64,000 bases of DNA from Tubiluchus corallicola (taxonomy: Eukaryota; Animalia; Priapulida), in NCBI GenBank assembly GCA_030141605.1, contig JAQGDQ010000904.1, forward strand, positions 17,917-81,916, read 5' to 3'. Below, piece after piece: positions 27,122 to 39,057 of this stretch. A program made the translations under genes and the position numbers. Numbering within the stretch: position 1 is the stretch's first letter; the number at the start of each line of letters is the position of its first letter. The notes beneath the pieces are model-generated. The model did not search any database, was not told the origin of the DNA, and saw only the letters and a list, made by a program, of their open reading frames with translations.

Positions 27122-27929
27122 GACTGTGGATTTTACTGTTTTATTTTATCTTCCTTGATCCACGTTTAACTGTCCACGAGAGCAATGCAGTTTTTTACAA
27201 GTATGAAAAACAATATTACCTCAAAACACCAAATTTTTGTGATTTTGTCACTGAGATTCATGCACACAAAAATAATCTTTGACAATAACCCCAAAACAAA
27301 AAATTTATAAAACCGTCTCACATACCGTTGAACTAGATAACAGCGGTTAGTTAAACCGGGTCACTGCACGATCTAACTGTCAGACCACCCCTCCCTCTCC
27401 CACCCTGCTTTCCTTTAAGAACAACGCATCGAAAATACTTCAGTCATGTGAGTATCGTATAGCTAACAATGTCAACGCAGTATGATACGATTTTAATCGT
27501 TTAACTAAGCAAGTAATTATTAATATCAAACGTGTGATCGATTACTGAAATAAAAAGTAATTACACGCGAATATTTCGAATGGCCCGTTTCGCCCATGCA
27601 GGCAACATCGTAAAAAATAATTGCTAGTATTAATGCGTAATCGTAGTTCGACATAAACTGATGGCGCCATCTGTAGGAGGCATCCGATAGAAAAGGACAA
27701 TAGACTGTGACTGTGGTGGGACTGAAATTGTAGACTGGTTATTTTAAAGTAGGTGCTTCCAAAAAAATAAAATTAAAAAACAATGGTGTTAACTTGAAGA
27801 GACGTGCAGACGCGAAACGGATATAAAAATCCAATGAGCTGTAATTAGATTAATAATAATTAACCAGGCAATGTTTATGGGTAATTATAATGCGATCATG
27901 CTTCAAAATATTCGTCTGACTCTAGTAAC

Positions 27930-28417
27930 TTCATGTGTCTAAAGATAAGCCAGAACGTCTAAAAAGTCTATTAAGTCACTCTTGACATTAACAAATAGTT
28001 AGAAAATATGAAATCTTAATTTCACAAAACTCTTATGCGAAGACAATCACTAGAGTGCACCACCTGACTGATCATGAGCAACTGCAAAATTCCTGCGCAA
28101 TACAGTTACTGTAAATACGTATCACCAGGGACGTGAAAAATAACACGCCGCATTGGGCGATTATAAAGGGGCAAACACGAACTGTAGGGGAAGTGTAAAC
28201 TGCTGAGTAGAATTCACATTATGCCAGAAGTAATTTTGTTTTACAAAGAGCATCGTGTCAACTAAACAGGTTAAATGATTGTTAACATAGATCTTGCCCT
28301 CTAGCTCTTCGCATTTTCTCCTATTTGTGTTCTTGGTGCACGGACCATGAACTATTTCGTCCGACTAACTGTAATCACCTGTAGTCCTATACGATAATAG
28401 AATGCAGTTTAACATTA
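27930..28417. repeat. 488-bp direct repeat, copy A
   Basis: Matches 29240-29727; I see about 4 substitutions. Confidence 0.95.
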
Positions 28418-28419
28418 GA

Positions 28420-29230
28420 ATGCAAACCTTTACCAGAATTATTGGATAAGCCACGAAAGTTTTTACAATTGTTTTATGAGCTACGAGAGTTAGAAAGATA
28501 TAACCAAAAGTATTACATGCTCATGCACAGTAAACTGCGCTCTTGTGGAATGTTAATAAATGCAGTGATGTCTTCTTACACTTTGCTTCAGCAATAATTC
28601 CTTGTCACAGATATAACTTCTCCTAATTAATATATGGTGCACTATCAACTTTTGGGCTGCACTGTGTAGCTAATTCTTATTAACTAATGACAATGTTTAT
28701 TCCCAATATCAGACAATATTCTGACTCTATTGAACAGACAAACTATAAACATTTTTACTATTACAATAACTCTATAACAGGTTCAAAAAAGCCAAGAAAG
28801 ATAATGCACATAAAATTAACAATATTACAGCAGGGTTAAGAGCACAACGAAAACAGATCAGTTATCTATAACAAAATTCCAAATTCCAGTTTCCCACTGA
28901 AATGAGTGTTGTAATTTAATGTATAGACTCAGATATTACTATGTTATCTGGATCAAGTAACAGGCCTATATAATGTAGCTGTTGACATTTTACAATATTG
29001 TTGTCAAATTTTTCAACAATCGGGTGCAACAAGCCTTGCTGTGTCACACAGGAGTACTAAAGAAAACAAAAAAACAGTTATTTTGAGAAACGAATGAAAA
29101 GAGAATTGAAACTATTTGCCAGCATATTTTAGTGCAACAACTACTGAATTTTTAAGAAATTTGACCACAATCTGCAATCACGATCCTCGCTTTGGTTTTT
29201 CCACTCTCTGAGCCATAATCTTCAATGACT
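28420..29230 (-). pseudogene. 811-bp duplicate of the cyclophilin paralog 1 3' end (last 25 codons, stop, 3'UTR)
   Basis: Near-identical to 32827-33637 (one substitution seen). Encodes [25 protein letters not shown] with the stop at 29152-29154; no upstream exons. Confidence 0.92.
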
Positions 29231-29239
29231 AGGGCCACG

Positions 29240-29727
29240 TTCATGTGTCTAAAGATAAGCCAGAACGTCTAAAAAGTCTATTAAGTCACTCGTGACATTA
29301 ACAAATAGTTAGAAAATATGAAATCTTAATTTCACAAAATTCTTATGCGAAGACAATCACTAGAGTGCACCACCTGACTGATCATGAGCAACTGCAAAAT
29401 TCCTGCGCAATACAGTTACTGTAAATACGTATCACCAGGGACGTGAAAAATAACACGCCGCATTGGGCGATTGTAAAGGGGCAAACACGAACTGTAGGGG
29501 AAGTGTAAACTGCTGAGTAGAATTCACATTATGCCAGAAGTAATTTTGTTTTACAAGGAGCATCGTGTCAACTAAACAGGTTAAATGATTGTTAACATAG
29601 ATCTTGCCCTCTAGCTCTTCGCATTTTCTCCTATTTGTGTTCTTGGTGCACGGACCATGAACTATTTCGTCCGACTAACTGTAATCACCTGTAGTCCTAT
29701 ACGATAATAGAATGCAGTTTAACATTA
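29240..29727. repeat. 488-bp direct repeat, copy A'
   Basis: Matches 27930-28417. Confidence 0.95.
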
Positions 29728-30344
29728 TACGTTATCTTACCATTAATTAATGCTGTGCATTAAGTAGCATTTCTCCTTGGGTCACTAGTGAGTTGCAATA
29801 TAATAAACTTCGATTTGGAGAATCACTCGAAGACTGCGGTGAACTTACGCATGCTACAAACTAACACAACGTCTGGCGGCCGCCATTACTATCGAGCTAT
29901 CCCAGTGTTCTTTGCGGTACGCTATAATTGACGAATACAATATCTAGTGCAAACCAGGGGCGTTATAAATAATATCTACTTGCTGTAACCAGAGAACCTT
30001 ATTTTATATTTTCTCTGGTTTGTAATGATGATTTGATCTACATAATTTTGTCTGTCGAACAATCCTGTCTCACCTAGAGGCTTGCGCAACTACTGCAAAA
30101 CTTTAGAAAATATGCAACAATGTAATATATAGGGAAAAAACAGATCACGTCTAATGATATGAGGTATTTATTAAATACTAAATTTATTCCTTGTATATGT
30201 ATATGTTTTCTTATTTTACAAGAAAAAGATAGTTCTAATTTTAGGCTTAGGCATACATATTTTAAACATTTCTCAATTTATTAATACTGCCTTAAAACAG
30301 CCCTGCTGTACGTAATTTGCATTGATATAGTTGGTAAATGCAGC

Positions 30345-30832
30345 TAATTACAACATTTCGTTTTTCCACTTACTGTGCACGTAGATGGTGTAGCACACTT
30401 AGCTACAGTTAGACAAGGACATAGACATGGTGCCCATGTATGGAATGAGTTACCTAACAATGTGAGGAAAGTTGAAAATTTCAAGGAATTCCGAAGGTTA
30501 TTATCTGTCTGGAATGGCAGTAAATGTAAATGTGTCATGTGTAAGTCTTTGTGACAATTGCGATAATTACTATAACGTACATGTATAGCTAACGCGCTAT
30601 TTTAATCCTGCTTTTTATATGTATATACATGTAGATGTGTGTGTGTGTGTGTGTGTGTGCGTGTGTGTGTGCCGCGGCATGCGTACGTACGTGCACGTTC
30701 GTGCGTGCGTATGTATTTTAGTTTCCATCTTTGTTTTATTACACTTTTGTTACTGTCGGTTCAAAAGCTCTTAGGAGCTTGTTTTTATTTGTACAAGCAT
30801 ATACCAACTTTAAATAAAGATTATCATCATCA
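30345..30832 (+). mobile_element. 5'-truncated CR1/L2-group LINE 3' end
   Basis: Frame reading HGAHVWNELPNNVRKVENFKEFRRLLSVWNGSKCKCVMCKSL* (WNxLP and CxCxxC ORF2 C-terminus), followed by a 3'UTR ending aataaagattatcatcatca. Confidence 0.75.
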
Positions 30833-31564
30833 AATCGTCAGCTGCAGTTTTTGTTAATTCTCTTATAAAATTCATGTATGTTGACGTCATCTGTGGCAGT
30901 AATGTAACTTTTTGATTTTCAGAACAATCGTTTATAATCAGCTAATTCGGTGACGTAGCTTTTCGCTACTTGTTCCTATTTAAATGGTTATGATTTGTAC
31001 AACTGACATGTTTTTGTCACAACCCGTTCAGGGTTATGACGTTCGTTGATTTTTCATTTCTGTATTTTTGTAGTGATATTTTAAACACATTACGAGCACA
31101 CACAAAGAAAACAAAATACATGTAAACGAGAAAAATTACCGAACCTTGTTTAGAGATTCATGAAATCCAAACATGATGTATTAGTACATACTCTGAATAG
31201 TGCATTATCCCAACACACCACACGCATTATAATTAGCTAATGAAACACTATCTGCAACACACTGAAAACACAACATGAATACACGTATAATTAAACGTTT
31301 AAATCGAGTTATTGGACGCATAAACTTTGCAAATTAATGAGATCAATTTTCAAATAGAGACTATGCAAGTATATGCAAATGAAGACTCTACGAGAAAGTA
31401 AGTAATTAGTTTTCAACTCATGCAACGAACACGGAATTTTCAAGTGTCGTACATGTTACAAAAGCGAATTCGAAATTTCGACGATCATTACTGATTTTTC
31501 TCGAAGTTGCATTAATTGTTTCAATTGCCTCTCAATTCACTTTTATTAACTATCAAGAAAACAC

Positions 31565-31722
31565 GCACATTACAAATGCCAGATCAGTTTATAAGCTATA
31601 AAGACAACATGCACATTACAAATGCCAGATCAGTTTATAAGCTATAAAGACAACATGCACATTACAAATGCCAGATCAGTTTATAAGCTATAAAGACAAC
31701 ATGCACATTATAAGTGCCAGAT
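31565..31722. repeat. Minisatellite, 46-bp unit x3 plus a partial unit
   Basis: gcacattacaaatgccagatcagtttataagctataaagacaacat repeated in tandem. Confidence 0.95.
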
Positions 31723-33558
31723 GAGTACGTAGGCCTGGCTTAACATGCTTACAATTGATATAGACAAATGTTTGTGAACGGATGGATTTATGTTTGTAAA
31801 AGGATGGACTTACGATGCTAATCAACTTTCAACTTTTCTTAGGCTACAATATTTTTTCTTTTATTTTGAATTTTCTTCTTTCAATATACTTTATCAAGCG
31901 TTGAGACTGTTGATGTATAATTTGGTCCGAAGTACATGGCCACCTTAACTTAGCTCTAAAAGTATCACGGTTATATTGGTCCAAATGTGCCCACAGACAA
32001 TCATGGAAAAACCTTGAAAACCGGATTTTCAGTAGGAGTGGTGCTTGGCTATTCTTGGCCATTTTTTAACCTTTACCTCGTTCCATGTATCTTTAAACAT
32101 TTTGCCCTGATCTGCACGTTAAAACAAAATGAGATTGCGAGCCTCAATAAAAATGACAGTTTATAGTTTGTTTACAGTTTTTGAAGAAAAGCAAACAAGA
32201 CAGCTGTCGTGTGAATACATAAAGGATCATAAAATGATTAAAACTGGATATAGCGTCATATCATATTATAGTTAATGCAGTAGAATGCTGTAAGTTAAAG
32301 GTGGCATGCTTTATCACTAGATCATTTTCATGCCTTGGATGAAACATTAATAATTTTAGTTTTTCTAGATACTAAATGTGCATTTAACTACTGAAAGCAA
32401 AATCATTAGATTCCACAAAAACGCAGTTTGAACCGCAGTGCAGTACGTCACAGCTTAATATTCGACTCTTTAGCAGGCCTATAACCTTGAGCATAAAATT
32501 TGAGCAAAAACTGTGTAGACGTTCATAATGATAATGACAGCACCATGGAATCCCTGACTGAAATTTGAAATTCAAGTTAAATTAAGTAAATCACAGAATC
32601 GCCTGCCTATATACTACCCTAAACTAGACCGCAATATACTCTGCGTTACAATACCGTATAGGGCTGTATTAAAGTAATTATGACTTTTAAGAGTTGGTAA
32701 ATATAATTATGATTATTAATAATTTGATTCTGTATAGGATAGAATCATGCAGTCATCTGGTCTATTATCTTACTGCACATTTCCACCATGCTGTGAAGCT
32801 TTTATTCCATTATCAACTTGTTCGCTATGCAAACCTTTACCAGAATTATTGGATAAGCCACGAAAGTTTTTACAATTGTTTTATGAGCTACGAGAGTTAG
32901 AAAGATATAACCAAAAGTATTACATGCTCATGCACAGTAAACTGCGCTCTTGTGGAATGTTAATAAATGCAGTGATGTCTTCTTACACTTTGCTTCAGCA
33001 ATAATTCCTTGTCACAGATATAACTTCTCCTAATTAATATATGGTGCACTATCAACTTTTGGGCTGCACTGTGTAGCTAATTCTTATTAACTAATGACAA
33101 TGTTTATTCCTAATATCAGACAATATTCTGACTCTATTGAACAGACAAACTATAAACATTTTTACTATTACAATAACTCTATAACAGGTTCAAAAAAGCC
33201 AAGAAAGATAATGCACATAAAATTAACAATATTACAGCAGGGTTAAGAGCACAACGAAAACAGATCAGTTATCTATAACAAAATTCCAAATTCCAGTTTC
33301 CCACTGAAATGAGTGTTGTAATTTAATGTATAGACTCAGATATTACTATGTTATCTGGATCAAGTAACAGGCCTATATAATGTAGCTGTTGACATTTTAC
33401 AATATTGTTGTCAAATTTTTCAACAATCGGGTGCAACAAGCCTTGCTGTGTCACACAGGAGTACTAAAGAAAACAAAAAAACAGTTATTTTGAGAAACGA
33501 ATGAAAAGAGAATTGAAACTATTTGCCAGCATATTTTAGTGCAACAACTACTGAATTT

Positions 33559-35825
33559 TTAAGAAATTTGACCACAATCTGCAATCACGATCCTCGCTTT
33601 GGTTTTTCCACTCTCTGAGCCATAATCTTCAATGACTCTCACTACATCCATGCCATCAATGACCTTGCCAAATACAACATGTTTACCATCTAGCCTGTAA
33701 AAAGCAAACTGTTATACTAAATGTTAATAGTATGAGCATCAAAGCTCACAACACTTCAAACATATGATCTTTGGCTTCCTACCAATTACATTTACCTCCA
33801 TATGGTAATCATGCATACACTGAAGCATATTACCACTGCATGTGCTAATTGTTGTAGCACCAATTACTTAAAAATAAACCTAACTTTGATATAGTCATTT
33901 GTATGCTGGAGGAAAAACAACTTAACTAGGTAAGGTTTCCAGAAATAACAGACGAATCTGGAACAGTCAAATTAAAATTGGAAACACATGGAAACAAAAA
34001 TATATTTTTATGCAAAATTAGTATACATGAAAAGGGTTGATTAATTTATTAATTCACAAATAGAAGAACTACAGAATTCACTATGTCCTTGAAAAGTCTT
34101 TGTAGTTGCAATCTGCCAGAAGTTTATGCACAAAGATAAAAACTCTATCATAGAGATTAATTACACAGACGCACCAATTAGTTTTCTCAGTGCAGATGAA
34201 AAACTGGGAGCCGTTCGTGTTTGGACCTGCATTAGCCATTGAAAGTGTACCTGAAATACAAATAAGTTTAGCTCATGAAATTAAACAAGTATTAACCATA
34301 CATGCATTTCCCATGTATCAACATGTATGAACTACAGTGAAGACAATCACTAAGTTATTAAAGTAATTTAAATTTAGTGACTATATTTTCATTCATGAAG
34401 CAGTAAAAATTGAAAAACAACTATTCAAGTACAACACACACATAAAACACACTAGGTCTGTTGGAATCCAACTAGTCAAAATGGACAAAATGAAGTTCCT
34501 AAGAATATGTGCTGACAAACCCAGGCCAGACCAATTCTAGAATTTCTTGACACAAATAACGCTACCTTTCCTACGCATAGCTTGAATTTCAAGTTTTCTA
34601 CACATAATTAGTTTATAATTTTCAAGTCCAACTCACCTGGTCCTTCATGCTTGAGGGTAAAATTTTCATCTGCAAATTTAGCTCCATAGATACTCTTTCC
34701 ACCAGTACCATTATGGTTAGTAAAGTCGCCACCTTGACACATGAATTTTGGTATCACTCGATGAAAGATACTGTTCTTGAAACCAAACCCCTTTTCAGAA
34801 GTACACAATTGCCTAAAGTTTTCTGGAAAATGTTTAAACATTAATTGAAACCTCCTGAAAATACCAACAAACAGAGTGTCTACATAAACAGCAAAATAAG
34901 ACGGAAATTGTAATATTCAAAATATTTAATTCAATATCTATAAAGGGACTCCTGTTATGGGTGTCAAAACAGTAATTGTTATATACTTTGCATATACTAC
35001 ATGTTCCATCTCAGCCTATCATTTATGTTCTATTGTTCATTTAAGCGTAGTTAACTTACATTACTGTTGCAGAAAATCTTTGAGACATCAGCTGGATGTA
35101 ACTCTGCCCCCTTTCCCTAGGTCTAAGGGGTCTAAGTCTTGTTGAAGCTTATAGCACTATGTCCATGAATTTTGAAGTTCTAGGAAACATATTTAGCATT
35201 CATAGTGAACAGATTTTAGATGTAAGCTATGAGTGGTGGGCTTTAGTTACGTAAAATTATCTAAAATTAATTGTGTGGACATATTGCAACTTGTAAGTCA
35301 CAATTTTTGGCTTTATTAAAATTTCTGACAGCTTTCACTATTTAACTGTAAAAGAACAGATGGCCTGCCTACGCCGAAAGAGCTAAAATTACCAATGATA
35401 AATACTATCTTCATCCAATTTAGTTTACCCCTACAGATAAAGATGCGTTCCAAAATTTTAGGCTAGTTAGCTAATTATCTAAAAAGCGAGGAAGAATGAT
35501 GCTTAACCCTCCCGGTTCAAAGCTGTACCATTTCGTTTGCTGCGAGGTGATGATCAATGAGCAATGATCTTTGGTGGGCTATTTCTTATAGGCCTAAGCC
35601 GAAATAATATGCGCTGTTAATCACGCATGAGGCAGCAAATTGAAGTTGTTTGCAAGTAGCACATAAAGCTGATTTGCTAGTTTTGCAAATTAGCAAGCTA
35701 AAAAGCCCATCAGGGGTATCCATCTGTCTGTCTGCCTATTTATCTGTTTGTTTTTCTCTCTCCCTCTTTCTCTCACATGCACACACATACACACACACAC
35801 ACACGCACGCACGCACACACACACG

Positions 35826-35878
<53 letters not shown>

Positions 35879-36974
35879 TCACTCACTCACTACATGACTA
35901 CAACTGAATAAAATCGGACTCGCCGTTCTTATAAGCCGGTACCACATGCAATCTAGCGTTTCAGATTGGCCAGGCTACTGGACTGAAAAAAAGCCTAACA
36001 AGTATCGTTATGGAGATTGGCCTGTAGGCGGCGAAAATCAGTTATCCTTGAACCTACATACAGCCTTTGTTACAACACCTGCAAAGCCTCTCCCTATCAC
36101 TAACCGTGCAGCCATTACAACATGTTTACTATAGCATCCCCGAGCCTTTACAGTACAGAGTAAAGTATATGAGGGCTATAATCAATAATTCCTTGCAGTT
36201 GCTGATGCGGACACATACAACGAACTGAGCTACAGCAGCAGAGAAAATCATTCAATGCCAATACCAACAACATATAAGCATGGATGTCTAATTACAAAAT
36301 GACGTCCGACCATGTTGATAAATTTTATTTAAACGGTCTGGCTACAGAGATACATACATTGCATAGCCTAAGCATTGGGCTTTAATTCTCACACATAGCT
36401 GTTCAAAGACGTGTAATATTTGATTTGAAAGCAAGCATTCAAACGCAATTTTAAGATTACATATTTAAGCAGTGTGAATTTCATATTAGCTATGATGGAG
36501 TGCAACACAATGTCAACATAAATTGGTCTTACCTGCTGTTTTAGGAACGACATCAGCTCTCAGCTTAAAAAGAAAAAGTCTAAATTAAAATCAGATAGCG
36601 CAATGAAGTATCGTTTTTCTGTTAACGAAGATCCTCAAGAACTTGAGACCTTACATGTTGCGGGTAATAATTAAAACAATTTACTATTTGTTAATTACTT
36701 TAGCAGATGTCTTGTATAGAGCTATCATTATAAACAGACCTAACAGGCAATTAAATGTATAGTGCTATGCGCATTATTATGTGTCACATCATATTACATG
36801 GTTGCGTTAAAAGATAACAGCAAATATCAAAATAATTATATAAGTACTGTATAAAACTCTTCTTGGTGTATGTTATAAAACATCTCTCACCTGCATAGTT
36901 ATTCTTCCAACAGCTTTCTTTGTCTCCCCTTCCTCTACCGCCATATCAAAGTAAACCATTGGATTTGCAGCCAT
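33559..36974 (-). CDS. PPIA: Cyclophilin A-type peptidyl-prolyl isomerase, paralog 1, 170 aa
   Basis: Exons 36974-36891, 36563-36533 (31 nt), 34822-34637, 34250-34175, 33694-33559 (513 nt). Motifs [51 protein letters not shown]. Confidence 0.96.
35720..35890. repeat. (CA)n / (ctgt)n / (ctca)n microsatellite
   Basis: Directly visible in cyclophilin intron 2. Confidence 0.95.
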
Positions 36975-37089
36975 ATTGTTGGAAAAAAACCTTTTAGTAG
37001 GCAAATAATTTCACAAAAATCCTAATTTTTAAGATACGATTACGCCGGCCGGTAGCAGCTACGTAGTGGCAAAGTTTTTGTGCTAGCAA

Positions 37090-37121
37090 CAACGGAAGAG
37101 CAGATGTATGACGTGACGTCA
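37090..37121 (-). promoter_or_regulatory. Cyclophilin 1 core promoter motifs: CRE and ETS-core / TOP-like start
   Basis: TGACGTCA at 37114-37121; CGGAAG at 37093-37098, which reads CTCTTCCGTT on the gene strand about 120 nt upstream of the ATG. Confidence 0.5.
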
Positions 37122-39057
37122 CACCCTCATCCGCTGGATCGATGAAACGTCGAGATCAGCTCACGCGTTCGACCGCTTCCAGCGCTGCAAGCCAACCACC
37201 ACTTGAAAAATTAACTATTCATAAATTAGAGTTTTACTTTAAAACTTGTTAATGCCATGAGCTAAGCACTAAGAAAATTTTGGAAGGACGTACTTTTTAT
37301 ATTGACTTTAACTGATGTCTACTGATTTGTCTAGTGATTTCTTACACTGACAATGTTTTTTTGCTTTGGTAATACCTTATATTATTACTTTTTCACGCTA
37401 TGAAAAGAAATAATTATTTTCACGTTCATAAGAATAACAATATGCAAATTATAAATTATGTAATTCAAACAGTCTAAACCTGACACCGGGTGTTTCAAAA
37501 GTCCCTCGTTAAATTTATTAAAATAATTACAAACGGAAACAAAATTACAATTTTTTTATTGCGTGTGCAATTCAAAAGAGTTTTGGTGGCATTAAACTTG
37601 GCTTCGTAAGTCTTAATTATGGCTACTTTACCACGCTTTTTTCTATCGCCGTGCAGCAATCTTGTGCTTCTCTGTTCAAAACATGGTAGAAAAATAACAG
37701 GCTGTTGTTGGATGGCAGGCAGTGACCTGTTTGAGGATTTTGTTCCTTGGTGTAATCTATAGTACACAGTCGTAGGCTTAACCCTCGTGTTGATCGTGAC
37801 TTTATAATTTTTCTTTACGTTCACTTCTCTACAATGCATATATTTTGTGCCTAATAAACAATAAATAAATACCAAAAATAAATAAATAGAAAACGGTACA
37901 AAACTTGATCTAATGTAGCCTAAAGGAAACTCTCAACTACTGTGTTTGCCACAAGATGAGCGTCATAGATTAATACAATAATACAATAAATTGAGTCACA
38001 TCAATGAGGCACTTCATAACAAAATGGCGGCTTGTCGTGCGCAACCGTTTTTTATAAACAAGAGCAAGAAATTGTTGTGGAATATGAATAAATGCAGCGG
38101 TGTGAAAAATGATTGTAATAATATAATAGTAACTATTTCTTGCCAATGACTTCCATTCCACTTGATCCATTTTTCTGTGCACTAGGCTTTTCTGTGCACA
38201 AGTACAATAAACTCTTGGTTTGTGCTATGTAGACAATATTTAGTGCCAAAAAAGTGATTATTTAATAATTTAACACTTTATTCTTAAAATCTAATCATTT
38301 ATAACCACCTAACAAACAACGAGATTACAATTGGAAAAAAGCTGAATAAGATAACGCAGATTTATGAAATTAAAAATTTTATTCAGAGTTAAAATCATGC
38401 CGGAATATATAAGGTATCTAGCCGAGTTATATAATTATATAATAGCCCATACTGATATTATTGCGTGTGACACGCTTATGTAACACCACGTGGAAAGTGC
38501 GAGCACCGTCGACTGTTGTTGGTTTTATCCACAAGAATAGTGATTAAAAGCACACTTACGATTGATTTTTTTTAATTAAATATTATTATTTGTTATAGTT
38601 TATATTTTCTTGTGGAAGATGAGCTTTAGTCAAGCTCAAAGGAGAACAGCATAGGTAAGTAATTATAAAATTATAGTACGTGTGCTTTCAGCCATTATTG
38701 TCACCAACCCAAATATAGTCAATGGCCTGTAACTTTATTATTAATTGTTTAGAAAAAACACTAAAACAACTTTCACACGCTCAATAAAGTTTTAAAAGAC
38801 GTTCACGCATGGGAAAGAAACTCATGCTGCCTTTAGCATGCAGGCCTATTACAGATAGAGATAGTTTTATGATCTTGCTTTTGTTGTTAAGATTTAGGTG
38901 CATCTCAATGCAACAATTGTGGCGGGGATTCAGAGAAATACAGGCCTAATATTGAAAAATCCGCACTTATTTCTATTGAGAAACAAAGAAAAAAGAATTA
39001 AATATTGATGACACTGCCAGTATATTCTCCTGCAATTATTAGAATCTACATAAATTT

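Noticed and set aside
27930-29727. Autonomous LTR retrotransposon
   Set aside because: No gag/pol, PBS, PPT or TSD; the interior is host cyclophilin sequence.
31565-31722. CRISPR-like array (also 26842-27121)
   Set aside because: Units are contiguous with no unique spacers, there are no cas genes, and the context is eukaryotic.
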